From assembly GCA_964016885.1 (NCBI GenBank), contig OZ024740.1, forward strand, positions 150,536,001 through 150,600,000: a stretch of DNA of 64,000 bases, read 5' to 3'. The DNA comes from Eledone cirrhosa (taxonomy: Eukaryota). A model generated the notes under the pieces. It did not search any database and had not been told where the DNA came from. It saw only the letters and a program-made list of their open reading frames with translations. Position 1 is the stretch's first letter. The number at the start of each line of letters is the position of its first letter. A program made the position numbers and the translations under genes. Positions 37,781 to 50,815 of the stretch are shown in pieces.

Positions 37781-37876
37781 ATGTAGTGAGCTATTAGTAA
37801 TACAACTGTTATCAATTATTTAGCTGTTGCTAAATAAATCAATCTTTAACATTATCCTTATTCTGCTAAGTTTAAT

Positions 37877-38850
37877 GTTACCTTTCATCCTAACGGGGTC
37901 GATAAAATAAAGTACCAGTAATGTACTGGTGACGATTTAATCGACTTTCTGCCCTGCTAAAATTGTTGGTTTTGTGCCTAAATAAGAAAGCACTTTGCCT
38001 TTCATCCTTACGGGGTCGATAAAATAAAGTACCAGTAATACACTGGATGATTGCTGGCCTTGTGCCTAACGTAGAAACAATTATTATTAGCAGTATCGGT
38101 AGAGCATCGGTGGATTGGCAGTGTAGTGACACACACAGTGTAGTGACACAGCAGTATCAGTAGGGCATCAGACAACATTCTTCGTGGCATAGAGTTGTGG
38201 CCCTTTACATTCTGAGTTCAAATCCCGATGAGGTTCATTTTGCTTTTCATCCTAACGGAGTCGATAAAATAATGCACTAGTAATACACTGGAGTTGATTT
38301 AATCGACTTTCTCCTCCCCTAAGATTGCTGGACTTGTGCGACGGGGTCGATAAAATAAAATACCAGTAATGCACAGGAAATTTCTGGCCTTGTGCCTAAA
38401 GTAGAAAGAATTATTACAATTATTATGGCGGTGGATTGGCAGTATCGGTATAGGGTCGGACGCCATGCTTTCCAGCAAAGAGCTACGGCCCCTTATGGTC
38501 TGAGTTCAAATCCCGCCGAGGTTAACTTTGCCTTTCATCCTTACGGGGTTCGATAAAATAAAGTACCAGTAATGCACTGGGTCGATTTATTCCCCTTAAA
38601 AAATTGCTGGCCTTGTGCCTAAATTAGACACCATTTTTATAATTACTATGGCGGTGGATTGGCAGTATCGGTAGAGAGTCGGACGCCATACTTTCCAGCA
38701 AAGAGTTACGGCCCCTTATGGTCTGAGTTTAAATCCCGCCGAGGTTAACTTTGCCTTTCATCCTTACGGGGGTCGATAAAATAAAGTACCAGTAATGCAC
38801 TGGGACAATTGCTGGCCTTGTGCCAAAAGTAGAAACAATTATTATAATTA
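37877..38850 (+). mobile_element. Head-to-tail cluster of about 6 full or partial dominant SINE copies
   Basis: Full copies at about 38088-38340, 38427-38640 and 38650-38842, partials between them, separated by ATTATT spacers. Confidence 0.9.
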
Positions 38851-38929
38851 TTATGCTGTTACCTCTTTTTTACAAATTATTAAACCACTTTACACGTAAC
38901 TACCACCCACATATATACGAACACTCAAT

Positions 38930-39907
38930 GTTTTGTCCTGTGCTGTAGCAGAAAAGGCAAAAGAAAATGGTCTTCTGTCGAATTGTGTCCCTACCCGCCT
39001 GGCGAACTGCAGTGGTGACATTTACTCAAGTAGGAAAGGTCCCGAAAGAGGTAATAGCCGATGTGACCCTCATTCAAAGAGCAAGACAGTTCACCATCGT
39101 CGAGATCCTTTTTAAAAGTGAAGACCTTGCACGAAAACATTCGGTGATCCTCCATTGGAGTGAGGAGTTTCTACTCTATCCAACCTATATTTCAAGGGGG
39201 AATCCCACGCTGAGAATACCAGGTATTCCGTCAGACATAAACAACTGGGTGATCTTTGGTTGCGTTGTTCTTGAGGATCTGGACACACTCCTCGAAATTA
39301 AACGTAACGAAAGAAAAAAAATTAGTGTCGGGTAAATCTGGTGATTCTGTCTCAGATGAAGCCAGACTAAATAGAAAATATCCTGGATCAAATGGAGCTG
39401 TCCAGCGGAATAGACTTCCGAATAAATATAGAAGGCAAAAAACAAGCGTTCACACCCCTCTGTCAATCGGGCATAGCAATCGGTGTAGACTCCACCTTCA
39501 CATTCCATAGAGGATTAATGGAGGGTAAAAGCGATGACGTTCTTGGGGAGACTCTGGGTGTCGACGATAATCAACGAGCCAATCTTTTCCAGTATTGCTA
39601 GTTCGAGATAAACTTTTTAGGCATGGAAGAGCCGTCGGCCGGGCCTATCCGAGATGCACGTAGGGCGACGCAACCGTCCAACACGCATTCATCGAGTGTC
39701 CGAGCATTGCTGACTTGAGGGTTTCTGTTGAACACATATCACATGTAGGACGGATTCGGATATCAGCTGAGTCCATCGTGCATATTGCCCCACTGATTTC
39801 CTTTTGCCTGGAAGGACAGTCAATTTTTATTTGCTTTGTCCATGGTGAAAGTGGTCGTGTGGTGGACAAGTCTGAAAGGCTTGAAGACAAAGTGAGTTTG
39901 CGTGGCT
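38930..39907 (+). pseudogene. Internally deleted Tx1-like remnant (N-terminal ORF1 fused to C-terminal ORF2)
   Basis: FTIVEILFKSEDLARKHSV..LLYPTY and INIEGK match ORF1 of copy C; from about 39449 the sequence switches to ORF2 C-terminus (FHRGLMEGKSDDVLGETLGVDDNQ, VGRIRISAESIVHIAP). Confidence 0.8.
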
Positions 39908-39939
39908 AATAATTAATTAATAATAATTATTATTAGAAC

Positions 39940-40130
39940 GTCGGGCACTATGCTTTGAGGCATAGAGTTAGAGCCCTTTACGTTCTGTGTTCAAATCCCG
40001 TCGAGGTTAGTTTTGCCTGTCCTCGATAAAATAAAGCACCAGTAATGTACTAGGGAAGATTTAATCGACTTTATCCTTCCCTTCAAATTGGTGGCCTTGT
40101 GCCTAAAGTAGAAACGATCATCATTATTAT
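39940..40130 (+). mobile_element. Dominant SINE copy, long form, degenerate
   Basis: B-box, GATTTAATCGAC hairpin, GGCCTTGTGCCTAAAGTAGAAAC 3' end. Confidence 0.8.
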
Positions 40131-40500
40131 TATTAACCACACAAGTTCACATTAAGAAAATATTAAAGACTGTACAGGACGGTACAGGGTGACACAAGAC
40201 GGTACAGGGTGACACAAGGCGGTACAGTGTGGGTTTTTATGTGTAAAAACGTTTTTGACAAAAACACAGAAAACATGTAAAATTCAAACAAAATAAATTC
40301 TCTATCGGGGGACTTCCGAGAGTTACACATGGCGAAAGCCCACAAACGTCCACGGTTACCCTGAACATTAGGGCAAGTGCCCTTTCCCAGTCGTCCCACT
40401 CCAGGCTTTCAACGAAGACGAACGTGCATGTCTTGAAGTCTTTCAAATGTGTCCCCCATCCGACCTCTTTTGCCATGGACACAAGGCAGATAAAAACTGG
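40131..40500 (-). mobile_element. 3' end of a Tx1-like element related to copy C
   Basis: MAKEVGWGTHLKDFKT, ACTGGGAAAGGGCACTTGCC and terminal CTTGTGTGGTTAATAA match 56160-56650. Confidence 0.8.
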
Positions 40501-40508
40501 CTGCCCAT

Positions 40509-40728
40509 ATGATGATGATGATGTTGATGAAGATGATAATGATGATGGTGATAATGATGATAATGGTGGTGATGGTGATGATGATGATGATGATGATGAA
40601 AATGATGGTGATGGTGATGATGATGATGAAGATGATGAAGATGATGATGATGATGATGATGGTGATGGTGATGATGGTGATGGTGATGATGATGATGGTG
40701 GTGATGGTGATGATGATGATGATGATAG

Positions 40729-40763
<35 letters not shown>
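40509..40763. repeat. (GAT)/(GGT) microsatellite
   Basis: Direct reading. Confidence 0.97.
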
Positions 40764-40765
<2 letters not shown>

Positions 40766-41124
40766 ACCTATCGCTGAAGTGAGATTAGGCGAAAAGTTAA
40801 TCAAGTTATTTGACATCTTTTTAAGCTTCAATTATTGATCCTTCCTTTCGACTGACTACACAACAACAGCACAAACCACAGCAGCATCAACAATAACAAC
40901 AACAGCAACAGTGACATCAAGAACAGCAATAATAATTTAATTATAATGAAATATATAGCGCAGCTATTGTCAATGTTATTGATTAAGTCTAGTAGTTGCA
41001 GTGGCGGTGATAGTATGGGGGAGGGTAGTGGTGGTCGTTGTTGTTATGCTGATGATGATAGAAATAATCGGAATGGTGATGATCGTTGTTGTTTGGTGTA
41101 TTAAAGGTGTTATTATTTGTAGTA

Positions 41125-41845
41125 GGGCGGTGGATTGGCAGTATCGGTAGAGGCTCGGACGCCATGCTTTGACGCATAGAGTTACGGCCCTTGCCATTCT
41201 GAGTTCAAATCCCGCCGAGGTTAACTTTGCCTTTCATCCTTACGGGGTCGATAAAATAAAGTACCAGTAATACACTGGTTAATTGCTGGCCTTGTGCCAA
41301 TAGTAGAAACAATTATTTGTAGTGGGGAAGGCATTGGATTGGCAGTATCAGTAGAGGGTCCGACAAAATACTTTGCGGTATTTAATAGGGGCTCTCTACC
41401 TTCTGAATTCCGCTGAGGTTAGCTTCGCTTTTCATCTTTAGAGAGTCGATAAAATAAAGCACCAGTAACGCAGTAGAGTCGATTTAATCGATTTTCCCCT
41501 CGCCCCAAAATTGTTGGCCTTGTGCCTAAATCAGAAACCATTATTTGTAGTGGTCAGGGCGGTGGATTTGCACTATCGGAAGAGCGTCGGACAAGATTTG
41601 CCGCATATAGTTTCGGCCCTTTACGTTCTGAGCTCAAATCCCGCCGAGGTCAGAGATCAAATTTCGCTGATATCAAGTTTGCATTTCATCCTTCCGTAGT
41701 CAATAAAATAAAATACCATCCAAGTACTGGGATTGATATAATCAACTTTCCCTTTTCATAAATTCCTGAACTTGTGCCTAAATTAGAAATCATTTGCACT
41801 GGGTAATTGCTGGCCTTGTGCCTAAAGTAGAAACAATTATTTGTA
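41125..41845 (+). mobile_element. Head-to-tail array of three dominant SINE copies
   Basis: Copies at about 41125-41318, 41330-41545 and 41557-41840, each bordered by ATTATTTGTAGT. Confidence 0.88.
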
Positions 41846-42796
41846 GTAGTGATAAAGCGGTGGACTAGAGAATCGTCAAAGCATCGGGTTTTCCTAATGC
41901 GCTCAAGAGTCAGGTATTCTAAATGCGCACTCGCATCGGGTCTAGCGTATGCGCACCCGCATCAGATATTAGGTATGTGTACTTGCACCAGATCTTGTGC
42001 ATGTGTACTAGCAATGGAGCTTTATGTCTTTGTTAGAAATCAACTATTCGTTTATGGAAAACTATTGCTGCATCCGTCACTCACAATCCAGTATGACTTG
42101 ATAGTATATATACCACGCTTTCACCAAGGTCACCATGCAATGGCGAGCGGACTGATAACTCTATTGCTCCTCACTCAATTAATCCAGCGGAACGCCATTG
42201 ATGTAATAGCTGGAAGAGGAGCGGGATGCATCAGCACTGGTACGTTCCTTATCGAATCCGAAAGTATGAAAAACACAGTGGAACTCGTATGGATTTGAAT
42301 TCAGAAAACCAATACGAGGAACGCATGTCCAATTTTGCCAAATCAACTGCATTGGCCTCTTTAGGGAGAATAATATAAATAGAATTTGAAGATATACATA
42401 CATACATACTTCCATACTTCCAAACGTTCAGACAAACGAAAATTGGAAACATAAGTTTACCCACGTTAGGAAATTACAAGTACAATCCAGTAATGGAACA
42501 GTAAAAATATGTAAAACATTCTAAAACTTCTGCATCTAATAACTGCATATACACTTGTACAGATACAAAGCATATGCACATGCACACATACAACTCAAAA
42601 TATACACATCCACACATACAATAACATCCATACCTGCACACACATGCATGCAGGCATGCATGCATTTCTAGCTAATTGATGTTGTGTAAATTCCAATGAG
42701 AGAGTCATGTATCTATGCTAGAAACCGACTCTCTCTCTATTGGCAAACATTTGAGAAATTATAAAACCAGAACATACATACATACATAGATACATA

Positions 42797-43692
42797 GCTG
42801 CCAACTCGTTTTCGAGTAAGGCCACTACTTTATATCCACTACTTTATACCCACTACTTTATATCCATGTAGGAGAACCCCTACCGATGCGCTGAACGAGT
42901 GTGGCTTTTTAGTCCAGCCAGCGACTTGAAAACTCTGGTACAAACACTACACTTGTGACAATTATTGACACATAGTGCTGGGCCCATGGTACCATGTGAC
43001 GACAAGTGCAGAGAGATCTCCAGATATTAAGCAATGCCTGTGCTGTGAAGCTTTTATAGTGAGCAAAGACACTGCACAAAGCCAGTCCCACTCTCTTAAC
43101 CAAGATGATATTTACCAAAAAGAAGAACAAGTCAACATCATTGGATACCATCAGGGTTGCAGGTGTTATATCAGAGTTTTCCTTCTCCTAGAATTCTGCC
43201 TTGACATAGATACATACATACATGCATTCATACATACATACATACATGATGGCTGCAACTCGATTTGGAGTAACGCTATCGCGCGATACTTAAGAAGATG
43301 TCAGATATCAAACGATGCCTGGGCTTGAGGCTTTTGTAAGTGAGGAAAGGCTTTGAAAGGAGCCAATCCCACTCTCTGAACAAAGAATGTATTTACCCCA
43401 AACGCAGAACTGGTTTACTTCATTGGATGCAAACGAAGTCACAGGTTCTACATCGGAGTGACCTTCTCCTAGAGCGATGTATTAATGAAGACAAGCCCCC
43501 CCCCCGAAAAAAAATTGTATGGCCGTGGACTTTCCTGAGATTCCCCGCCCTTTGACGTTTTTTTTTTTTTTTTATCACGCAGTGTGTATAAAATCACCCT
43601 CCTCACCAAGCTGATTTAGTTGCCGACGACTCGACCTTGCTCAGATGGTACAGGGTTACATTTTACCAGTAGCGCTGAAGAGCGACCTGACA
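42797..43692 (-). mobile_element. Two tandem (TATG)n-tailed retroposons on the minus strand (42797-43205 and 43247-43692)
   Basis: Reverse complements of the 35593-36633 families, separated and flanked by (CATA)n. Confidence 0.75.
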
Positions 43693-44191
43693 CATACATA
43701 CATAATTACAAATTTCTACATAGATAATTGAATTCACACATACGTACATACATATATATATACATGTGTGCAAATATATATACATACATTAATAAATACA
43801 CCTATACTTAAAAAGATAGGAATTTTAGATTAAAAAAAAGCTGTCTAACCCATACTCTTAAGATTTAATCTATAAATGGAACAGTGAAAATATGCAAGAT
43901 TTTTCTAAATTTTAACGTATAAATCTTCACTTTTATTGTTGCATGAATTTATCTAATATAATTTTGTTTCTTCGTAAAAACAAAAACAAAAGCAAAGTAA
44001 ACACACACCAATATTCATAAGACGATTTCAAAGAAACAAAAATACACACACGCGCGCACATATATATTGATAGATATATATGTGTATATGTATGTGTATA
44101 TGTATATATAATACAATATATACATATACACAATTTTATATAATGAATATATATATATATTCATATACATATACTTATATATATTATATAT

Positions 44192-44257
<66 letters not shown>

Positions 44258-44883
44258 TTATATATATGCATATATATATGCATATATATATATTCTGTGC
44301 CTCTGATTGTACACACAGACACGCAATTCACATGTAGATGTTGTACATGTTTATATGTACGTATATATATTACATTAGTAATATTTTCATATATATTTAA
44401 ATTCATAGATCTGGGGCAGTAAATGCTAAGCATTCACTGTTGTGGTCACAGGCAGGAAGAGATCATATACACGATATCTATGGAGATTTTGAATTCACTT
44501 TCGTACCTATATTTCAAACGTTAGTAAGAGTAGTACTGATATCACCAAGGTCGATATATTTTCAGTGGTGAAGGGGCGCATCCAGTTTGCAGACATAGTT
44601 AGGAATGAGTAGGCAAAGTGTTTCTGTTTTGTAAAACAAATTAATGAGGTAGGAGAAAGCAAGAGAGAGAGAGAGAGAGAGAGAGATGCGTCAGGTATCG
44701 TGACCATGTAGAAACTCTCTTCTTGGCCAATGTCACATGCATATATACATACAGACACTAGTACACAGAGACATAAACAAACACACACACACACACAAAC
44801 GCACACCCCCCATATACATATATAAAATAGAAAACAACAAGGAAGTTTCGTTTACATATAAAATATATTTATTGTGTATCGAC

Positions 44884-44958
44884 CTGTTACGCGCGTTTCG
44901 CAGAGGATTGGCTCACGGAGTTATGGACCCGACTCCACTATCGACCTGCTCTTCATGT
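44884..44958 (-). ncRNA. Degenerate type I hammerhead-ribozyme-like motif (Penelope-like element type)
   Basis: Minus strand reads (A)TGAAGA-GCAG..CTGC-GAAAC-GCGC-GTA: stem II, palindromic stem III and NUH triplet present; first core C is mutated and stem I is unclear. Confidence 0.5.
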
Positions 44959-45068
44959 ATTTTTTTCCTCGTTATTTTCTATTATATACACTCTGCCTGT
45001 GCATAGAGTGTTTGCTTTAGTATCAACACCAGCAATTCACTGAACCATCTACACTATGGTATATGGTA

Positions 45069-45109
<41 letters not shown>

Positions 45110-45113
45110 TAGG

Positions 45114-45360
45114 TATTAATATTGGTGGTCTGAAATAGCGATGTATACATGAATGTATGTAGAGTATATTTAGCAATATACTGTATGTTTAATTAAAAAC
45201 ATTTAGAAGACCATTCGCTATGAGTTTTAAAGTAGTGACTATGTCACTTACTTACTTATTTTCGGCAGAGGCTAACAGCTGTTTCTCGCTGGTTGGCGTT
45301 TATCAAAGCGACTCACTCACCTGCCTTTGCCGAAAATTATAGAAGCTGGATTCTTATAGA
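45114..45360. mobile_element. Partial mariner-type MITE
   Basis: Same family as 20092-20382; left TIR TATTAATATTGGTGGTCTGAAATAGCG. Confidence 0.7.
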
Positions 45361-47067
45361 ATTCCAGTAATAATCAGGAGCTGATTACATTATATATAGG
45401 AAAAGAGTCAGGACCCCGACGGCTGAGCTGCGGCCGTTTCGACAGCTAGATCCGAAATCATATATATATATATATATATATATATACTTGGGTGAAACCT
45501 TCAGGACTTAAAATATATTTCTTTAGAAGTTCCATAAACTCTCTGTAGGATTATAATTACATTAAAATTTCAAGTACCAGTAACAGAAAACAAGGACTAA
45601 ATAGATAATCTCACAGTTAGTGTCTTTTTTACTGTTTTTTCGGTGAAGAGGGAGAGCAGTATCCATGACACTTTTTGGAGACTGGTGGAAGCGAGATCGA
45701 TGGGAATGTATCCTGAAACCAGAGATCTTGTCTGAATGCTGGCCACAGTGAGAATTCCTTTCAAGACACCTAATGGCCAGGTGTTGGTGTTAAGTGGATT
45801 AAGTAGATACTAGTGGGATTTCAATTCAGAACACAAAATGTCGGAACAAGGACTCTACCAATTTCGTCAATCCAACACTCTGGATAAATACTATATTTCA
45901 TTTACTCTGAAAGGATGAAAGGCAAAGTTGACGTCGGTGGGATTTGGACTGAGAGGCAGATCAAATACTGCAAAATGTATTGTCTTACGCTATCACGACT
46001 CTGGCAAGTTTTTGTTCGATCTTACACAGAAAAGACAGGTCTAGTTCAGAGTTGTCATTAAATATACAAAGGCATACTCATATCTCTGACATAATACTTC
46101 TCGGTCTATAGTATCTAATGGGCCATTCACTGTTTTAAGACTGTGATTTGAGGGAGATTTTGTTGTGTGTTGAGGTGTGGTGAGATATTACTAGTTATAT
46201 CGTGAGAACATCCCAAGGTCATTAGATAGACGTAATTAATCACACCTTGAAATGTAAACAATTTAAAATTTAAAACAGTTGCTTAACAAGGGTTCTCTTT
46301 GGAGGAAAGAGCACTAAAAATGGATGCTATTTGTTATTATGCCAGAATAAGCTTCATTACAGATTTCTTTAAAAAGATATGAATTTAATCAGGATTACAT
46401 AACTTTAACTGGTCTATGCGGAATATTTCCTGGATAAGTATAATCGATTTTTTTCTAATAATTTCTCATAGGTTCATTTTTCTTTCATAACAATTTTTTC
46501 TTCTGAAAAAAAGAAGCGCTATGAGCAATTTAATTTGTTCTTATATTTTTGGCAGTCAAGTTTTAATATCATCTGTAAATATACACTGAACAAAATCAAT
46601 TACATTACCTACTCACAGAAAACGCTGACACCAGTTTGGCAATGTTCCAAACCGTTTGTAGTGCCTAACGGAAGGAAGGAAAAAATCAAACATCTCATAT
46701 GAAATATGGTATTCTTTTGTCATAAACAAGCATTCACTTGAAGTGGAGAATATTAGAATCACTGAACTTCATTTCACTTCTACACTTCTCTCCGGTCTAT
46801 CTAATATATTACACATACACACAAACTTATACATCCATACTCTGTTTCTGTCCACCCACTCTCTTTGATCGAACACGGCACTGTAATGCACTAAATTATA
46901 ACTAAAAGGCAGACAAAACGATTATTTCATGTAATATATATCGCTACTCAAGATTCCACAGAAAACCCCGTAATACCCAAATAGATAGATAATATATAAT
47001 ATTATATATGTAATATACTAATCTATTTTAATAGGCACCACCATATATATATTCATATACACACATA

Positions 47068-47122
<55 letters not shown>

Positions 47123-47269
47123 TCTTGGTCATTCTTATTGTAGGAGTAAAGAGAGAAATTAGTAGAAAATACATTTTTTGTTAACGCTGTTTAACCTTTT
47201 CAAAGGGATCCTTGTTTCTCTCTTTACAGCCCTCCCCCTCCACTGTCGTGCTCAATGCAATGTCAAATA

Positions 47270-47990
47270 CATACAACTTCCGTATTTATCATAGGACACT
47301 CGTCGGCCTGTAGACACTCTGACGTTTAATGAACATAATCACCAATTTCCACATGAGCTTATATTGATATAACTAATTAGCTGGTACAGCACAAGATACT
47401 GGTCACGCGTTAGATACATTTAGAATTGTAAACTTCTTCAATGTTACACTTAACCTAGATAATAATACATATAATTTCTAGAATAAATCCAATGGGAAAT
47501 TGCCCCTTTAAACATCTTGCCACCCACTCATACTTTTTAATAATCTAATAAATATAATTAACAGAATATTTTATAATTTTTCTTTTAACAAAAAGATCTT
47601 TCGATAGAGTGGTATGACATTATGACGGTGCTTTAGCAAATAACTGCACCAAAAAGAAACTTACATGTATAGCCCTCTCCCGTCCTATCGAAAAAGATAC
47701 TCCGTAATACCATTTTCTTGAGGCCAGGTAAAATTTAATATATCCAAACTTCATAACACTACTAGATATCAATTTTCTACCCATCACTATTATCGGAAAC
47801 TGTTTAACGGAAACTGTTTAACGGAAACTGTTTAATAGAGGGCTATCTACGAACTCCAAGTATGAAGACCATCATATGACAAAACCCAGTAAAACCTGTA
47901 GAAACAAGATTAACATATAAGGCCAAAGGAACAGATTTTTATTACAGAAATATTCCACCACAATCAATCAAAGCTTCACCAGCATATTTG
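47270..47990 (+). pseudogene. Highly decayed Penelope-like element RT/thumb region
   Basis: IVNFFNVTLNLDNNTY (cf. VNFLDVTLNL), HHYYRKLFN and TPSMKTII resemble PLE RT-linker motifs; many stops. Confidence 0.6.
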
Positions 47991-48115
47991 AACATACGTC
48001 GATCGGCTGAAAAGTTCATAAGCTTATCAAGATACTCTCATGAAATGACCAAATGAGGTTTATTTTTCAACATATTCCTTGGAAAGAAACAATAATAAGA
48101 AGTGTTGAAATTAAT

Positions 48116-48236
48116 TGTTTCTACTTTAGGCACAAGGCCAGCAATTACCCAGTGCATCACTGGTACTTTATTTTTTATCGACCCCGTTAGGATGAAAGGC
48201 AAAGTCAACCTCGGCGTGATTTGAACTCAGATCGTA
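48116..48236 (-). mobile_element. 5'-truncated dominant SINE with 19-bp TSD
   Basis: AAGAAGTGTTGAAATTAAT at 48097-48115 and 48237-48255. Confidence 0.92.
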
Positions 48237-48949
48237 AAGAAGTGTTGAAATTAATGCAAGATATCAAAGCTTTAAATAAATAGTTTTAGCTTTCCATCTA
48301 AAAAAAGAAGATTCTACCGATTATTTTCAGCATTTTAGAGATTTATGAACGATAGCTTATAACTAATCACATCAAACAAAAACTTTTACTCAACTGATAT
48401 AGTCAGTTCAAATTAAATAAGTGTGTGTTCGTTGGCAACGTGTTTAATGTAATTTCATATTATTCAGTATTCATTCTGTAGTACCCAAGTAATTAATTTA
48501 TCACGTTGTCAACGAATACATTTTTACGTAAATTAGACTGGTCACTTCAATCTAGTCGAGTTGTATGTTTAATATAAATATCTATAAGCTATCAATATAT
48601 ATGCGGACAGAAAATGTAGGAATTTGTTATCCGGGCAATCTTCAAAAGAGATAAAGCAATTCAGTAGCATTCCAACATACATTTGCCCATAAAGAGATAT
48701 AAACATTTGTTTACGCTTGTATGTATTTTGCTACCAGTCTAAAAGTGCTGTCCTTCCGAGTACAACAAAACTCAGGTACACCAAGGAGAATGGCACAATT
48801 TTTGTGAGGAGATTCTATTCTTTTCTTTAATTTTTCTCTGAACTAATTTCTTTGGCTCCTTTATATTTTCTCAGTAGTTTTTCACTTTTCTTTAGTCACC
48901 TCTGCAGCGTTCCATTTACACTGGGTTGTTAATGGTTTTTAATTTAAGC

Positions 48950-49290
48950 ACATGACCAGCAATTTTGATAGAATTAATCCCAAGACTTGACTAACATTTT
49001 ATTTTATCGACCAAACAAGGATGAAAGGTAATGTTGACTTCAGCAGGATTTTAACTCAGGACATAAAGACCCGGCACAAATATTGCAAAGCATTCTATCC
49101 GATGCTGTAACGATTCTGCTAATTCACCGCTCTTGTGTTGCTAATAATGGTTTCTGATTTAGGCATACGGCCAATAAGTTTTGGGGAGGGGAAAGTCGAT
49201 TAAATCGACACCAGTGCGTTACTGGTATTTTATTTTATCGACCCCGTAAGGATGAAAGGCAAAGCTAACCATGACGGGATTTTAATTCAT
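48950..49290 (-). mobile_element. Two tandem degenerate dominant-SINE copies
   Basis: Reverse complements of the SINE core at about 48950-49130 and 49146-49290. Confidence 0.75.
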
Positions 49291-49294
49291 ACGA

Positions 49295-50505
49295 ATGCAG
49301 GGAGATTGTCGAATCCAAGCTAGCTGATGAACAGTGCGGCTTTCGCCCCGGACGTAGCACAGCCGAGGAAAAATTTACACTGTAGCAGGTGTTCGAGAAA
49401 TCGTGGGAATATTGCCAGAAGGTATATTCTTGTTTTGTAGTCCTGGAAAAGGCATATGACAGCGTTCCTTGGGATCTGCTGTGGAAGGTTGTGCTAGAGT
49501 ATGGAGTGGATGGATAGAATCTTACTGCTCTGACATTCTACGAATGTCCGAGTATTTGTGGTCGGATAAATGGTGCTAAATCGAAGCCATTCAATATGGG
49601 AGTTGGACTTCGGCAAGCTTGCTTACTGTCACCTCTCCTGTTCATTAGTTTCCATGAGGAGGGTTGACATGCGTAGCCGGGTAGGAAGCGGTATTACGAC
49701 GGGCGGGTGTAAAATCAGTCGACTGGTGTAACTTATCTCAACAGAAGGTGATCCCCAACTTGCACTTGATAGCTTTCATGCCGAGTGCTGCATGGCTGGA
49801 ATGAAAATCAGTGCTGCGAAAACTGAGACACTCGGCTTCTCAAGGAAGCCTGCGCAGTGCACTCTACATGTAAATGGAGTTCTACTGAAATAGGTGGAGA
49901 AGGTCAGGTGTCTCGAGGCCGCGTTTAAGAGCGAAGAAAGGCAGGAGGCTGAATAACGTGCAAGAATTGCAGAAGCTGGTGCAGTAATGCGCTAGCTTCA
50001 GCATTCGGTAATCAGAAGAAGGGAGGTAGGTGTAAAAGTCAAACTTGCTTTCTTCAATTCGGCATTCGCGTCAACCCTTATTTTGGGTAATGACCGAAAG
50101 AATACGATCGCGAATACAAGCACCCGAAATGAGGTTCCTCCGCAGATCTTTGGAGTAACGTTACTCGATAGAGTGTGTAGCTCGGAGATCAGAGAGTCAC
50201 TCCAGGTTAATCCGCTACTTCTCCGAATTGAGAGATCACAGCTCCGATACTATGGGCATGTGGTTAGAATACCTCAAGAAGAATCGCTGGACAGATTTTA
50301 CGGGTAAACCAACCCACAGGAGCCCTAGAGATAGACCACGAGCAAGATAGTTGGATACCATCCAAGAGCCTGTCTGGTCTCGCTTGGAGATCCAGCCGGA
50401 TCAGTTGGGGACGGTTGCTTCTGACAAGACCCAATGGAAGGGGTGTTTGAGGACTCTGCCTCGGCGACCCTCTCAGGAATAAGAGGGCGAAGAAGAGGAA
50501 AAAGA
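49295..50505 (+). pseudogene. 5'-truncated, decayed RTE-clade (Expander/Rex3-like) LINE
   Basis: EQCGFRPGRST, LEKAYDSVP, GVGLRQ..LLSPLLF, GVTLLDRVCSSEIRESLQVNPLLLRIERSQLRYYGHVVRIP; short 3' end GCGACCC..GGAATAAG..(GAA)n. Confidence 0.88.
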
Positions 50506-50815
50506 TTAATTTTAACAACAAATTCAGTAGCAGCAATTGTAGTTTTAGTCATAGTTGTAATTGTCGTCGTCGTAGTATTATTATTATTATTATTATTATT
50601 GAATGCTATGGTTGACGGAGGCTCGGCTCTGTATTGTATTGTAAATTTTGAACGTTATAACAATTGTAAATTGTTTAAAACTTAGACCAACTTGTAGACA
50701 AAAACACCCTCCTCCTCGTGAGAGGGGTCTTTCTGCCCGTTATTTGGCCCTTCGGGGTTAAATAACTGCTTATTGGGGTTTTGTACCCAATATTTATTTT
50801 AAACAAAAAAACAAC

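Noticed and set aside
36524-37823. Long ORFs such as (MYVC)n, (HTYI)n, poly-Pro and poly-Val
   Set aside because: Stop-free translations of microsatellites; the same applies to ORFs at 4166, 20320, 40409-40838, 44080, 61205 and 61774.
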